From sequence record OP589283.1: a stretch of 64,000 bases of DNA. One strand, written 5' to 3'. Shown here one piece after another: positions 10,071 to 19,512 of the stretch. The stretch's first letter is position 1. Every line of letters begins with the position of its first letter. Below the pieces are notes generated by a model. The model made no database searches. It was not told the DNA's origin and saw only the letters and a program-made list of their open reading frames with translations. The position numbers and the translations under genes are program-made.

Positions 10071-10976
10071 ATGGCTATTACACTCCATTTTGACAACCCT
10101 AACCCAGAGGGTGTTAAGTTAGAAATCTTCCGTGACACGGCCCACATTGACCGTGCTAACCTACCAGCTCCTATTGCGACAATTCTCACTCATGCTGATT
10201 CATGGACTGACGTAACTGCAATTAAAGGTGCGACGTACTACTACGTATTTAAAACCACCGGTGCAGTGGACTCTAAACTGACCCGCAACCTTGAAGTCAT
10301 TGCATTGGACGACAAAGGTGTGGGTAACGACAAACTGTACTTTGGTAACTTAGACTACGGTTACTATGGTAACGTATTGGTGAGTTCATTCTTCACTGGC
10401 GCACAGTTGATTTCTGCGTTGGGCATGACGTTCCCTTTACCCGGTACGGCAATTACCATGTGGCACAAGTTCGCCTATAAAGGCAAGACTGTGTTTGTAC
10501 CAAACAGTTTCGTGGGTAAAGGTCTAAGCTACAACGAATTAGTTGCTGCTGGTCTACGTGAAGGTAAGATTGTTCAATACGGACAATTCCAATACCGTGT
10601 ACGTCTGATGAAAGGTTTCGATCCAAACAGAAACTTCGGTGACTTTATCACCATGAACAACGGTTCTACTGATACAGCGCTTCTCCCAGACTTCGACAGC
10701 GAATTCGACCGTTTAGTGTACCCACTGTCCCGCTATATTCCAGTGAGACAAGCAACACACAACGTCGATTACCGCAACATGGCTGAACTAGGTTATGCCA
10801 CGAGTACTTGGTTCGTGATGGCAGAATTGAACGGTGATGCTTCGTTGTGCTTAACCCGTGGCACGAACACTGAAACAGCCGTTGGGTTAACAACCGCAGT
10901 TGCATTAACACCTGCTACTAAAGTAAACGGTGTGGCCTTCCTTCCAATCCTTGAACTGATCACTGACCAAGTTTAA
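10071..10976 (+). CDS. virion structural protein, tail/baseplate paralogue family, member 2
   Basis: N-terminal Ig/FnIII-like strand pattern; YGYYG, WHKFAYKGKTVFVP, QYRVRL and LPILEL motifs. Confidence 0.7.
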   Translation: MAITLHFDNPNPEGVKLEIFRDTAHIDRANLPAPIATILTHADSWTDVTAIKGATYYYVFKTTGAVDSKLTRNLEVIALDDKGVGNDKLYFGNLDYGYYGNVLVSSFFTGAQLISALGMTFPLPGTAITMWHKFAYKGKTVFVPNSFVGKGLSYNELVAAGLREGKIVQYGQFQYRVRLMKGFDPNRNFGDFITMNNGSTDTALLPDFDSEFDRLVYPLSRYIPVRQATHNVDYRNMAELGYATSTWFVMAELNGDASLCLTRGTNTETAVGLTTAVALTPATKVNGVAFLPILELITDQV

Positions 10977-10993
10977 TGTAAGTGGGGTGAGAC

Positions 10994-11980
10994 ATGGCTT
11001 TAACAATCAATTATGCATTAGACCCTAACACGGCTTCTGCTGTATTGAAACGCACTGTTGGTCGCGATTACTCCCCCGGTCAGGCTCCTGATGACACTGT
11101 GACACTTGATGTAGGTGCCGCAGCTTATTCATACGCTGATGGGGTAGAAGGTACCAAGTACGGTTTCATGATTACTGCAACAGATAGTACGGGTAAAACG
11201 ATTGACAGTAACCCGTTCAGTTTAGTTTATTTTGAAGACACTGGTCCTGGTGTACAGAATAAACCAACACGGGGTTATCCAGACTTTGGTGTCTTTGAGT
11301 TTCTGACTACTGCACAGTTTGGTAAAACACCGTCTGAAGTTCGTGATATGGTTATTGCGTTGGGTTTCCCAAGTGTAGGGTTACCTTATACTGGCACAAC
11401 GACAGGTTGGTATAAATGTCTAGTGGATGGCAAGATTATCTTAATTCCTAAGAACTTCTTCATCTACTTAGATTCGATACTCAGTCAGATGATTCCATCA
11501 CGACTCATCAGTTCCGGTCTTATCTCTGCGGGAGCCGCTGGCGCACATAACTTCGATAACTGCCCGATTGTGACCATCGGTGGTTTGAATTATAAATGGC
11601 GTGGTTTAAAACATTGGACGGGGGATTTAGTCGACATCAACGATAAGTTGAAGGAAACTACCGCTAAAGACTACGGTCGTTCAAGTGAAGCGGATATGTA
11701 CATGTGTTTGACCAACCCGACTACTGCAAACGCGGGTTATGACCCAGGATTGAGTGGGGCTTCAAATGTGGGTAAGACATTACCTCCATTCGTAGCGGGG
11801 GATGATAACCTCATTTTCGGACCCACAGCCAACGCGGGGATGGTGCTCTTGGGGAATGCTAACTGGCCCAATGCAAACGGGGCTTTCCGTTTAATGGGAA
11901 CAACGGCTAACTGGTTCTCGAGTACAGGTTCAATTTACGGTGCGAAAATGGTGCCGGTGCTTGAACTCGTCAGTAACTAA
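10994..11980 (+). CDS. virion structural protein, tail/baseplate paralogue family, member 3
   Basis: MALTINY start; TGPG..RGYPDFGVF, GWYKCLVDGKIILIPK, YKWRGL and VPVLEL motifs. Confidence 0.7.
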   Translation: MALTINYALDPNTASAVLKRTVGRDYSPGQAPDDTVTLDVGAAAYSYADGVEGTKYGFMITATDSTGKTIDSNPFSLVYFEDTGPGVQNKPTRGYPDFGVFEFLTTAQFGKTPSEVRDMVIALGFPSVGLPYTGTTTGWYKCLVDGKIILIPKNFFIYLDSILSQMIPSRLISSGLISAGAAGAHNFDNCPIVTIGGLNYKWRGLKHWTGDLVDINDKLKETTAKDYGRSSEADMYMCLTNPTTANAGYDPGLSGASNVGKTLPPFVAGDDNLIFGPTANAGMVLLGNANWPNANGAFRLMGTTANWFSSTGSIYGAKMVPVLELVSN

Positions 11981-11994
11981 TTGAGGTAACTAAC

Positions 11995-12975
11995 ATGGCG
12001 TTAACGGTTAATTACAAAGTCTCTCCCGATGCCACACTTGCGAGACTCTATCGCAGTATTGGTTCGAAGATTGACTTAACTAACCTTCCAGCCAACCCAA
12101 CGGTGCTGGATAAAACTAAAACCCAGTATGTTTACCCAGATGGCGTAAACAATACTCACTACAGTTTTGTGGTAGAAACAACAGATATTAATGGAAATAA
12201 GAACTTTTCCAGTATCCAAGATATTCTTTACAAAACAGAATTGGGGCCTGGTCCTACTAAGGTCACACGTGGTTATTTTGACTTTGGCGTATTTGGTGAA
12301 GTCAGTTCAGAAGAACTCGGTGCTAACCCACATGCTCTACGGGATTACATCAACACTATCTCTGGTAACTGTCCGGCATTAGACGGACCTACTGGACAGG
12401 GTTGGTTTAAATGTCTTGTTAACAAGAAAATCATTTACATCCCTAAAGATGTGCGTTTTTACCACGGTGCTTCGGTCTCTTACACAAAAGCAGTCTTGTA
12501 TCCGACCAGACTGTGCGATGATAACGGACTGTTTGATGACTGCCCAATCATTACGTTGAAAGGCCGTCAATACAAATGGCGCAGTCTTGCTCATCACGAC
12601 ACTTCCCTAACTGGTGCTGCCGCATTAGCGGCGATTAAGGATATTGGAAGTGGGACTTTCCTAACTAAGCAACGTTCTGAAATCATGATGATGGTTTGCT
12701 TAACCGCTTCAAATTACGGTGGTGCTGACTTTGATGGGTTGGGTTTACCGGTGGCTCCATCAACAGGTGGCGCCCCATTCCGAGCTGGTGAACTTAAACC
12801 ATTCAACAACGACCCTGCGTTTAAAGCGTACGGTATGGGTACAACTGGTTGGCCAAATAACGGTTCCGGTATTTTCGCTTATCAGGCTAACCCACCATCA
12901 CTTGGACAACAGGGCGTATCTTCATCATCACCTTACTACGTGTGTTCGGTGCCGATTTTAGAACTGTTGGATTAA
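11995..12975 (+). CDS. virion structural protein, tail/baseplate paralogue family, member 4
   Basis: MALTVNY start; LGPG..RGYFDFGVF, GWFKCLVNKKIIYIPK, YKWRSL and VPILEL motifs. Confidence 0.7.
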   Translation: MALTVNYKVSPDATLARLYRSIGSKIDLTNLPANPTVLDKTKTQYVYPDGVNNTHYSFVVETTDINGNKNFSSIQDILYKTELGPGPTKVTRGYFDFGVFGEVSSEELGANPHALRDYINTISGNCPALDGPTGQGWFKCLVNKKIIYIPKDVRFYHGASVSYTKAVLYPTRLCDDNGLFDDCPIITLKGRQYKWRSLAHHDTSLTGAAALAAIKDIGSGTFLTKQRSEIMMMVCLTASNYGGADFDGLGLPVAPSTGGAPFRAGELKPFNNDPAFKAYGMGTTGWPNNGSGIFAYQANPPSLGQQGVSSSSPYYVCSVPILELLD

Positions 12976-12987
12976 TTGGAGACGGTC

Positions 12988-13893
12988 ATGCTAACAATCT
13001 TTTGGGATAACCCTAATGAGTTGAGCTTTGACCATATCGACGTCTACCGGTCTAGTAGTAAGAACGGGGAGTTTGTTAAGGTAGCTACTTTACCTTCTAC
13101 GGCTCTCCAATTCAAAGACACCGCATTACCCAAAATGCACCACGTCTATTACTACAAAATCGTGTTTGTGGATGAGTACATGGATGACGCGGACTCTATT
13201 GCTTTCCCAATGGGTTACTACCCATTAGGAACAGGTCCGGGACCTCAAGAACTCATGCGAGGAAATTGGAACTTAGGTTACTTCGGCCCAGTTAATATTG
13301 GGTTGTTACCTAGTTTTGGAGAAATTGCTGCGGTATTAAAGCATGACCCTCCTCAGATTTTCTCACCGTTTGTATGGCATAAGTTTGTTGCTCAAAGTAA
13401 CATCATCTACGTTCCTGACAAATGGGTAGCGTGGAACCAAACTGCAGTGTCTGCTATTAATCTCAATACCCCCGGTGAAGACCGAGATGACGTTATTGGT
13501 CTTCTTACCAAGGATGGACACAACTATAGTGTCAGAGCTCCCTATGCGGACTCTTCTCGACGCAATGATTGGGTCGGATATGAAGATGTTGATTTAAGAA
13601 CATCTGAAAACGTGAAAGACTCCGAGTTAGGTGCTGTGATGTCGATGTGTACCAACCTCACCGAGGAAATTTACGGGGGTTGGTTTAAACTCGTTGAAGT
13701 TCCTGAATTGAATGATTTCAGCTATGCCGTCACCACCAGTACTCCAGGCAAACCAACCGCGGACAGTAATTTCCCTGGTCGAACCACTATCCCTTGGAAA
13801 ATTCCAGCGGGACCGGCTGGTAAGGTACTCCCCGTTACGGACGCCGCAGGAAACCGTATGGTATTCAACATTCTAGAATATTTATTTGACTAG
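12988..13893 (+). CDS. virion structural protein, tail/baseplate paralogue family, member 5
   Basis: ATG 12988 behind GGAG; TGPGP..RGNWNLGYFG, WHKFVAQSNIIYVP and FNILEY motifs. Confidence 0.7.
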   Translation: MLTIFWDNPNELSFDHIDVYRSSSKNGEFVKVATLPSTALQFKDTALPKMHHVYYYKIVFVDEYMDDADSIAFPMGYYPLGTGPGPQELMRGNWNLGYFGPVNIGLLPSFGEIAAVLKHDPPQIFSPFVWHKFVAQSNIIYVPDKWVAWNQTAVSAINLNTPGEDRDDVIGLLTKDGHNYSVRAPYADSSRRNDWVGYEDVDLRTSENVKDSELGAVMSMCTNLTEEIYGGWFKLVEVPELNDFSYAVTTSTPGKPTADSNFPGRTTIPWKIPAGPAGKVLPVTDAAGNRMVFNILEYLFD

Positions 13894-13909
13894 GACTTAA
13901 GGGTACACC

Positions 13910-14545
13910 ATGTCAGAAAAACTTAACCCCATGGAGTTGTTTCTTGACAAGTTTAAAAGTGTTAACTACGAGAAGTTTGCAGGTAACGACTACGTAATCA
14001 GACAGTTGGACGCAACGGAAATTGACACAGTGGTATTCTCCAAGATTACCCAGACGTTGATAGAAGATGAAGGTCAACGATTACGTCGTTCTACCAACAT
14101 TAACACGCCGGGTTTCTTAATTGCGTATAACCAACGCTGGACCACCGCCTTCTTTATTTCTCCTGAAGCAAGTACGTTAGGAGCAATGCCCCCTATTCAT
14201 GTTGATGACGTGAAGTTGGATGAAGGTGCCTCCGTGTTTACGTATTACGAGACCCCACCCAACATTGATGATTTACCTGCGGGTACTGAAACAGTGCAAG
14301 TGCGTGTGCGGTTAGGTGCGACTATCCCAGATAGCGTACCTGACAAACTTCAATTCCTTTTCGAGATGCTCTATCCTTACGCTAAGTATGAGTTTGGAAA
14401 ACAGCATCTTTCGTATGTAGGTAACAATATTTACTTGTTAGATACTCCCACTATTTACGAATACATTCGTGTGTTCCAATTTAGTATCTCTCCGAACTAT
14501 CTAACCATTCCACCCACTTTCTACGGGAAAATGCAAAATGGCTAA
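13910..14545 (+). CDS. hypothetical protein, probably structural
   Basis: Continues the structural operon; 211 aa. Confidence 0.7.
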   Translation: MSEKLNPMELFLDKFKSVNYEKFAGNDYVIRQLDATEIDTVVFSKITQTLIEDEGQRLRRSTNINTPGFLIAYNQRWTTAFFISPEASTLGAMPPIHVDDVKLDEGASVFTYYETPPNIDDLPAGTETVQVRVRLGATIPDSVPDKLQFLFEMLYPYAKYEFGKQHLSYVGNNIYLLDTPTIYEYIRVFQFSISPNYLTIPPTFYGKMQNG

Positions 14546-15191
14546 AACCAATCCAAGAGTGTTATTCTTCCAAGCGTTCAAGGCGTTTAACCAACAGCGT
14601 TACGCTGGTAGCCGTGTAGATAAACCTCGTTTCCAAGGTCTACAGATGTCTGAGTTAGTATTCGGTAACTTAAAACGTACACCTGAAACCCAAACCGTGG
14701 TGATTGATACTATCACCTCTGCCTCTCGTCGTTTCAATGCGGTTAACCAATCGTTCATTCGTTGTCAGTTGAGCGATGCAGGTATTGCGGCAATTAAGTC
14801 TACCGGTTACCCATACGAAGACATCACCACCATGAAAGCACTGGCTGAAGCTGGCTTGAATGCTTACATGAACCCAGCGCAAGATGCGGTGTTAATCGCA
14901 GTAGTGTTCCCAGAGTCAGTTGCTGATGACCCTGCGGAAATCACTCAAGTTGTTGAAACCACCATCATTGATGCGTGTAACTACGAGATTAAACCAGAAG
15001 AAATCACTGTGAGTGCTACCGAAGACCCTAAACTTTGGACAGTGTCAGTAGACAGTGAAATCATCTACGCTGAATTGATTGCAGTGCGTTCTGAAATGCC
15101 AGTGCTTGATATTCCGGCAACTGACTACGGTCATCTGTCTACTCCAATTCAAGTACCTAATCCGTACCCACCAGTACAAGGTCCTCAGTAA
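14538..15191 (+). CDS. hypothetical protein, probably structural
   Basis: Overlaps the previous stop (translational coupling); 217 aa. Confidence 0.7.
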   Translation: MAKTNPRVLFFQAFKAFNQQRYAGSRVDKPRFQGLQMSELVFGNLKRTPETQTVVIDTITSASRRFNAVNQSFIRCQLSDAGIAAIKSTGYPYEDITTMKALAEAGLNAYMNPAQDAVLIAVVFPESVADDPAEITQVVETTIIDACNYEIKPEEITVSATEDPKLWTVSVDSEIIYAELIAVRSEMPVLDIPATDYGHLSTPIQVPNPYPPVQGPQ

Positions 15192-15205
15192 TCATTAAAT
15201 AAGAT

Positions 15206-15243
15206 ATAACCTACCTATCCCTTAATTGGGATAGGTAGGTTAT
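15206..15243. terminator. 16-bp perfect hairpin between convergent genes (probable bidirectional terminator)
   Basis: ATAACCTACCTATCCC-TTAATT-GGGATAGGTAGGTTAT. Confidence 0.7.
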
Positions 15244-15251
15244 TCATATAG

Positions 15252-18200
15252 TTACATAAATACATCAAAAGGAGTGCGACAACTACTTACAGGAAGAGTA
15301 TCAGGCTCTAAACTGAGTTCATACAGTTCATTACCTGTCACATCATTAAACACGTTACCGAGTTCATGTCCTGCAATGTCTAACATCATTTCTGCTACTT
15401 GGTCTCGACTCCACTGAAGGATGTCCAGTGTAGTAGTACTAATGTTAGGTTGGTCTCCAGTGTCTAATCGCAAACACCAGAAGAAGGTAGGACTGTCTTG
15501 GCCTTTACGGTGAATACGTGCTTTAGTTTGAATCACTTCATAATCCCTATACGGGACATCAATCATAATCAGTTGGTTAGCCATTGTAAGTGGATAGCCT
15601 TCCTTTAGACTTTTGTATGTCGTGATTAACGGGTTGGTATTAGGGTCATTTTCGAACCGTTTAATCTCGCTGTCTGTATTTCCTAGATTCTTACCCGTAA
15701 TAGTAACTGGCTTAAATCCATTAGCAAGAAAGTATTCTTCAGCTGCTTCTACCGCTTCCACATACGTACTGAAAAACAACGTTTTCTTTTCGACATGGTT
15801 AACTAGCTCAATTAATCCAGCGTGCTCGATAATCGCTTTAGCGCATTCTCTTCGAGCTGCACCAAATACGTTACCAATTACTTCCCCTTGAATTTTCAAA
15901 CTCACGTATTTTACCGCGGAACAATTAGAACGAAACTCTAACCGTTCTCTACCTGCTAATACACCTTCTATTTTTTCTTCAACACTTTTACAGAATTTAC
16001 TTTTATCTCCATCTGTAAAGGTATTGAATCCTCGCTTATTGAAGTCATGAACATAACGCTTGTACAATTCAAGTTCTTGTAATGCAGTTGCATCACGTTT
16101 AATCTTTTCTTCGTACTTATCAACACACGCAAGATACTGCGAACGAATAGAAGGAAGGTTAGCTTGATAGAAAGCATAGCGTTCCCGGATGTAGTTCAGC
16201 ATTCTTAAACGGATGTTTTCAATAGTGAATTGTTCGGCTCCTTTAAAGCTGACATTAATCACTTCGGTATCGGGTGCTTCATCCATTCCGTCGATTGCCG
16301 CAATTGTAAACTTGTTACGTCCAATCCGACGAGCAAACAGTTCATTTAAACGCTCTCTACCGCGTCCATACGCATCTTTAAACCGATCCCTAGCCAACCC
16401 TACGAACAACGGGTCTGTTAGGCTAAAAATAGCGTAGGATTCTTTACTGCACGCTTTCAATGGAGTACCACTCATAGGGAGAGTATGGCTAAAGTATCCT
16501 TTGTCAGATAACTCAATGATCATTTGGGTGCGGTTAGAAGTGGGTTCGTTGAAATTATGACATTCGTCTATAATTAATTTAAACTGATTACCTGATTTCT
16601 TATAGAACATCATGAACCGTTCGAATTCTTCAAACCCTTTGTTGGTTAAAAAATCATAATGCAAAATAAAGAATTCAACCGATGTATCTAGTGATAATCC
16701 ACTCATACTTGTCCAGTAAGGTGGTACTACTCTAAACTCTTTATCCAACGTTTCTTTCCATACTTTATCAACCAATTTAGGGGGACAAAGAATAATCGTT
16801 TTTGTGTTGTTCCCATTTAACATACGGGACCACATTAATGACAAAATCGTATTATGTGTCACAATAAAGTCATCAGTGATGTACAAATGACTTGGGTGGT
16901 CAACAGAAATACACTGAGTTAACTCATTAGCACGTTTTTCAATATTGATTATCTCTAATTTGAGATTATCAGAATACTGAGTTTGTGTGGCTCTCTCGCG
17001 CTTATGAGTTAACGTAAACAACTCCTCAGGTCGAGGATACCGAATGGACAATCGATAATCTGTTCTTCCTGATTTCTTTTCTCCTTTGTAAGAGTAATGT
17101 GGGATTCTGGTAGATAACAGTGCTATACCTCCTAAACTCCGCACTAGATACTGCACACCTAAAGCAAGTTGTTTAGAACTGCTTGAGAAACTAATTGTTT
17201 TATTGGTGCCCGATGTACCATCAGTATCCAAAAGACCTTGCAACAACTCCAATCGCTGTTGTTTGTTTGAATTTAAAAGATAGTCTACGGGAATAACTTT
17301 TTCCCAAGAACGTTTACCCATTAAATCCATTTCCCTTAAATCTTTTGTTATGTGAGAATCTACTGCTTTCTTTGTTCTTGGTGTGTTTAATGTAATGTTG
17401 AAAGTTACATCGTCCACCCATTTACAAGAAAGATGGGGCGGCAACAATTTCTGCACCTTATCAAACAACTCTTGATAAGGTTTAGATATGTACGGAGTTG
17501 AGCCAGAAAGACTACCGTCACCCAACAATACACCCATTAAATAAGGATGGATTTTGAATTCTTTGGCTGGTCCATCCTCGGGCTCACACAAAGGGATATA
17601 TATACGTTCATTTTTATTTTTCTTTAGTCTTTGCATTATGTAACGTAAAGACTTGGTGTGCCATCTTTCACCCCACGGCTTACCCTTTACCGCATCTTTA
17701 TTTTTTTCGTAGATGTCCCAAAGATGGTCTGGGTTACAATCTGTGTGACGCCCATCTTTGAAATGCACACGATAGACTTCGGTAATGCCCTGCGGGAATA
17801 CCCCTGTGACTTTGGTATGAGAACCGTCTTTTGCAATAACGGTATCTCCTACCTTGATATCCCCCATTTTCTTCCACCCATTAGGGACTTTAAGTAAAGA
17901 AGATAATGTCTGAGCTTTCCCTGAGCCTGCTTTACCATCTAATAACAACCCTTTTAACTTGTAATTCTTAGTGATTGTTAGGTAACTATCAAGAAATTCT
18001 TTTTGTGTGGGAAAGGGTGTTTTTATAAATTCAGCTAAATAACTTTGTAATGCTTGATAAGGAACTGGATTAATCGTATTTTTAATCCATGTCTCGCTCT
18101 CCAGTAAATCTTTTAACTCAATTAGCTGTTTGCGTTTTGTCGCTGTTCTGCGGACTGTTAGTAATCTGGATACAATGTGGTGAAGTTCTAATAAAAAGAA

Positions 18201-18371
18201 TTCACGAGTACGGATAACACTACCGCTTCGTAAAAACATGTACTTACCAATCACCGAGGTATTATAAAGACGCCCGATGTCGTATTCAAGTTTACGGGCA
18301 TCGATACCTTTAATTTCCACTCCACCCATTTCGTTGATTGTTATTCTCACAGAGAAGAAATCAAATAACAT
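15252..18371 (-). CDS. superfamily 2 (SNF2/DEAD-like) helicase containing an intein
   Basis: Walker A DGKAGSGK|T (after intein removal), LIIDECHNF, MSGTP, FFSTYV, SLKEGYPLT and QTKARIHRKGQ. Confidence 0.9.
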   Translation of the reverse strand: MLFDFFSVRITINEMGGVEIKGIDARKLEYDIGRLYNTSVIGKYMFLRSGSVIRTREFFLLELHHIVSRLLTVRRTATKRKQLIELKDLLESETWIKNTINPVPYQALQSYLAEFIKTPFPTQKEFLDSYLTITKNYKLKGLLLDGKAGSGKAQTLSSLLKVPNGWKKMGDIKVGDTVIAKDGSHTKVTGVFPQGITEVYRVHFKDGRHTDCNPDHLWDIYEKNKDAVKGKPWGERWHTKSLRYIMQRLKKNKNERIYIPLCEPEDGPAKEFKIHPYLMGVLLGDGSLSGSTPYISKPYQELFDKVQKLLPPHLSCKWVDDVTFNITLNTPRTKKAVDSHITKDLREMDLMGKRSWEKVIPVDYLLNSNKQQRLELLQGLLDTDGTSGTNKTISFSSSSKQLALGVQYLVRSLGGIALLSTRIPHYSYKGEKKSGRTDYRLSIRYPRPEELFTLTHKRERATQTQYSDNLKLEIINIEKRANELTQCISVDHPSHLYITDDFIVTHNTILSLMWSRMLNGNNTKTIILCPPKLVDKVWKETLDKEFRVVPPYWTSMSGLSLDTSVEFFILHYDFLTNKGFEEFERFMMFYKKSGNQFKLIIDECHNFNEPTSNRTQMIIELSDKGYFSHTLPMSGTPLKACSKESYAIFSLTDPLFVGLARDRFKDAYGRGRERLNELFARRIGRNKFTIAAIDGMDEAPDTEVINVSFKGAEQFTIENIRLRMLNYIRERYAFYQANLPSIRSQYLACVDKYEEKIKRDATALQELELYKRYVHDFNKRGFNTFTDGDKSKFCKSVEEKIEGVLAGRERLEFRSNCSAVKYVSLKIQGEVIGNVFGAARRECAKAIIEHAGLIELVNHVEKKTLFFSTYVEAVEAAEEYFLANGFKPVTITGKNLGNTDSEIKRFENDPNTNPLITTYKSLKEGYPLTMANQLIMIDVPYRDYEVIQTKARIHRKGQDSPTFFWCLRLDTGDQPNISTTTLDILQWSRDQVAEMMLDIAGHELGNVFNDVTGNELYELSLEPDTLPVSSCRTPFDVFM
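16851..17915 (-). mobile_element. class 3 intein (355 aa, Ala1) with LAGLIDADG homing endonuclease, in helicase Walker A
   Basis: Starts AQTLSSLLKVPNGW; block B DHLW; block F TQCISVD; ends IVTHN followed by Thr; endonuclease motifs YLMGVLLGDGS and LLQGLLDTDGT. Confidence 0.92.
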
Positions 18372-18402
18372 AAGAATCTACCCATATTAAATTATTGAAA
18401 AC

Positions 18403-18419
18403 CTATATCATTTATTGGA
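18403..18419 (+). promoter_or_regulatory. putative early promoter variant CTATATCATTTATTGGA
   Basis: CTATATCA core, 30 bp upstream of the 18450 ORF; 3' GTGA element imperfect. Confidence 0.45.
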
Positions 18420-18449
18420 TAATGTTACTTAATTAGGATAAGAAACAAT

Positions 18450-18665
18450 ATGAAATTATTCTTACTAATTTACATCTTTATGTCTTTTATGTTCACACCC
18501 TATAACAGCGTAACCTATTACGGTTTTGAAACAGTAGGGTATGACCCTTCGCTTTGGTGTACATGGGTTCACCCTGACCACGAAACCCGTGTATTAAAAA
18601 GTTCTAAAGCATCTGCGATGACTAAAAAATTAATTGGTCGTCCAAGTGATTATGGCAATTGTTAA
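18450..18665 (+). CDS. small protein with N-terminal signal/anchor-like segment
   Basis: MKLFLLIYIFMSFMF hydrophobic start; AGGA SD. Confidence 0.55.
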   Translation: MKLFLLIYIFMSFMFTPYNSVTYYGFETVGYDPSLWCTWVHPDHETRVLKSSKASAMTKKLIGRPSDYGNC

Positions 18666-18720
18666 TTACCCCCCCCCTCTAATTATTTACATCAACATTT
18701 CTTAATAAAAGGAAAATCCC

Positions 18721-19455
18721 ATGATTCGTATGATTCTTGCAATTAACAACGAGTGTTTTATCGGTAAAGACAACAAACTTATGTATCGTTTAAAAGGCGA
18801 TATGTTAAACTTTAAAACCATGACCCAAGGCGGGATTGTGGTTATGGGTCGTAAGACATTCCAAAGTTTAAAGGGTGCTTTACCCAATCGTACTAACTAT
18901 GTCATCACCAGTGACCCAACAAGCATTAATCACCCATCGGAACTCATCTTGACTCCGGAACAATTCAAAGAAGAGTTTCTCCCACACCATAAAGTAAGTA
19001 ATGATAATGTGTGGATTATTGGCGGTGCTCAAGTGTATGAAACTGCCACTCCTTTCACTAGCGAAATCATCTGTACATTTGTGGATGATGACGAAGTAGG
19101 TGATGTAGCGCTAAAACCTAAACTCTTTGGCGGGTTTACTCATTTGGCGACATTAAAGTCTGTTGATGTGGATGAAGACAACGATAAACCTTATGAAATC
19201 ACCCAGTTAGTGAGACATGAGGATTTAGAACATAAACTTCGTGAACTTCAGGCTCAACAACATGAGATGGAGAAAGAACAGACTCAGAATAATCTTAGCA
19301 CTCCGTTAGAAAATGGCGGGTTAAGACAAGGTGAAGCTTTTGTTATAGCTGCGACTACTTCGGCTGCGCTATCACAAATCGATACCGAATCCAGAGAAGA
19401 CTCCAGTGATTCTGATTCAAGTTCATCTGATTCAAGTTCTCCATCATCTGACTGA
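18721..19455 (+). CDS. folA: dihydrofolate reductase with C-terminal coiled-coil and Ser/Asp-rich extension
   Basis: MILAIN..FIGKDNKL, GDMLNFK (Asp27 equivalent), VVMGRKTF, LPNRTNYVIT and WIIGGAQVY. Confidence 0.92.
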   Translation: MIRMILAINNECFIGKDNKLMYRLKGDMLNFKTMTQGGIVVMGRKTFQSLKGALPNRTNYVITSDPTSINHPSELILTPEQFKEEFLPHHKVSNDNVWIIGGAQVYETATPFTSEIICTFVDDDEVGDVALKPKLFGGFTHLATLKSVDVDEDNDKPYEITQLVRHEDLEHKLRELQAQQHEMEKEQTQNNLSTPLENGGLRQGEAFVIAATTSAALSQIDTESREDSSDSDSSSSDSSSPSSD

Positions 19456-19512
19456 TTTATCCTCCAATGAATTTTAAGAGGGCTACCTTCTAACTATTCA
19501 TTGGAGTTTACT

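Noticed and set aside
8372-13893. Diversity-generating retroelement acting on the tail paralogues
   Set aside because: No reverse transcriptase and no near-identical template/variable repeat pair differing at adenines in this window.
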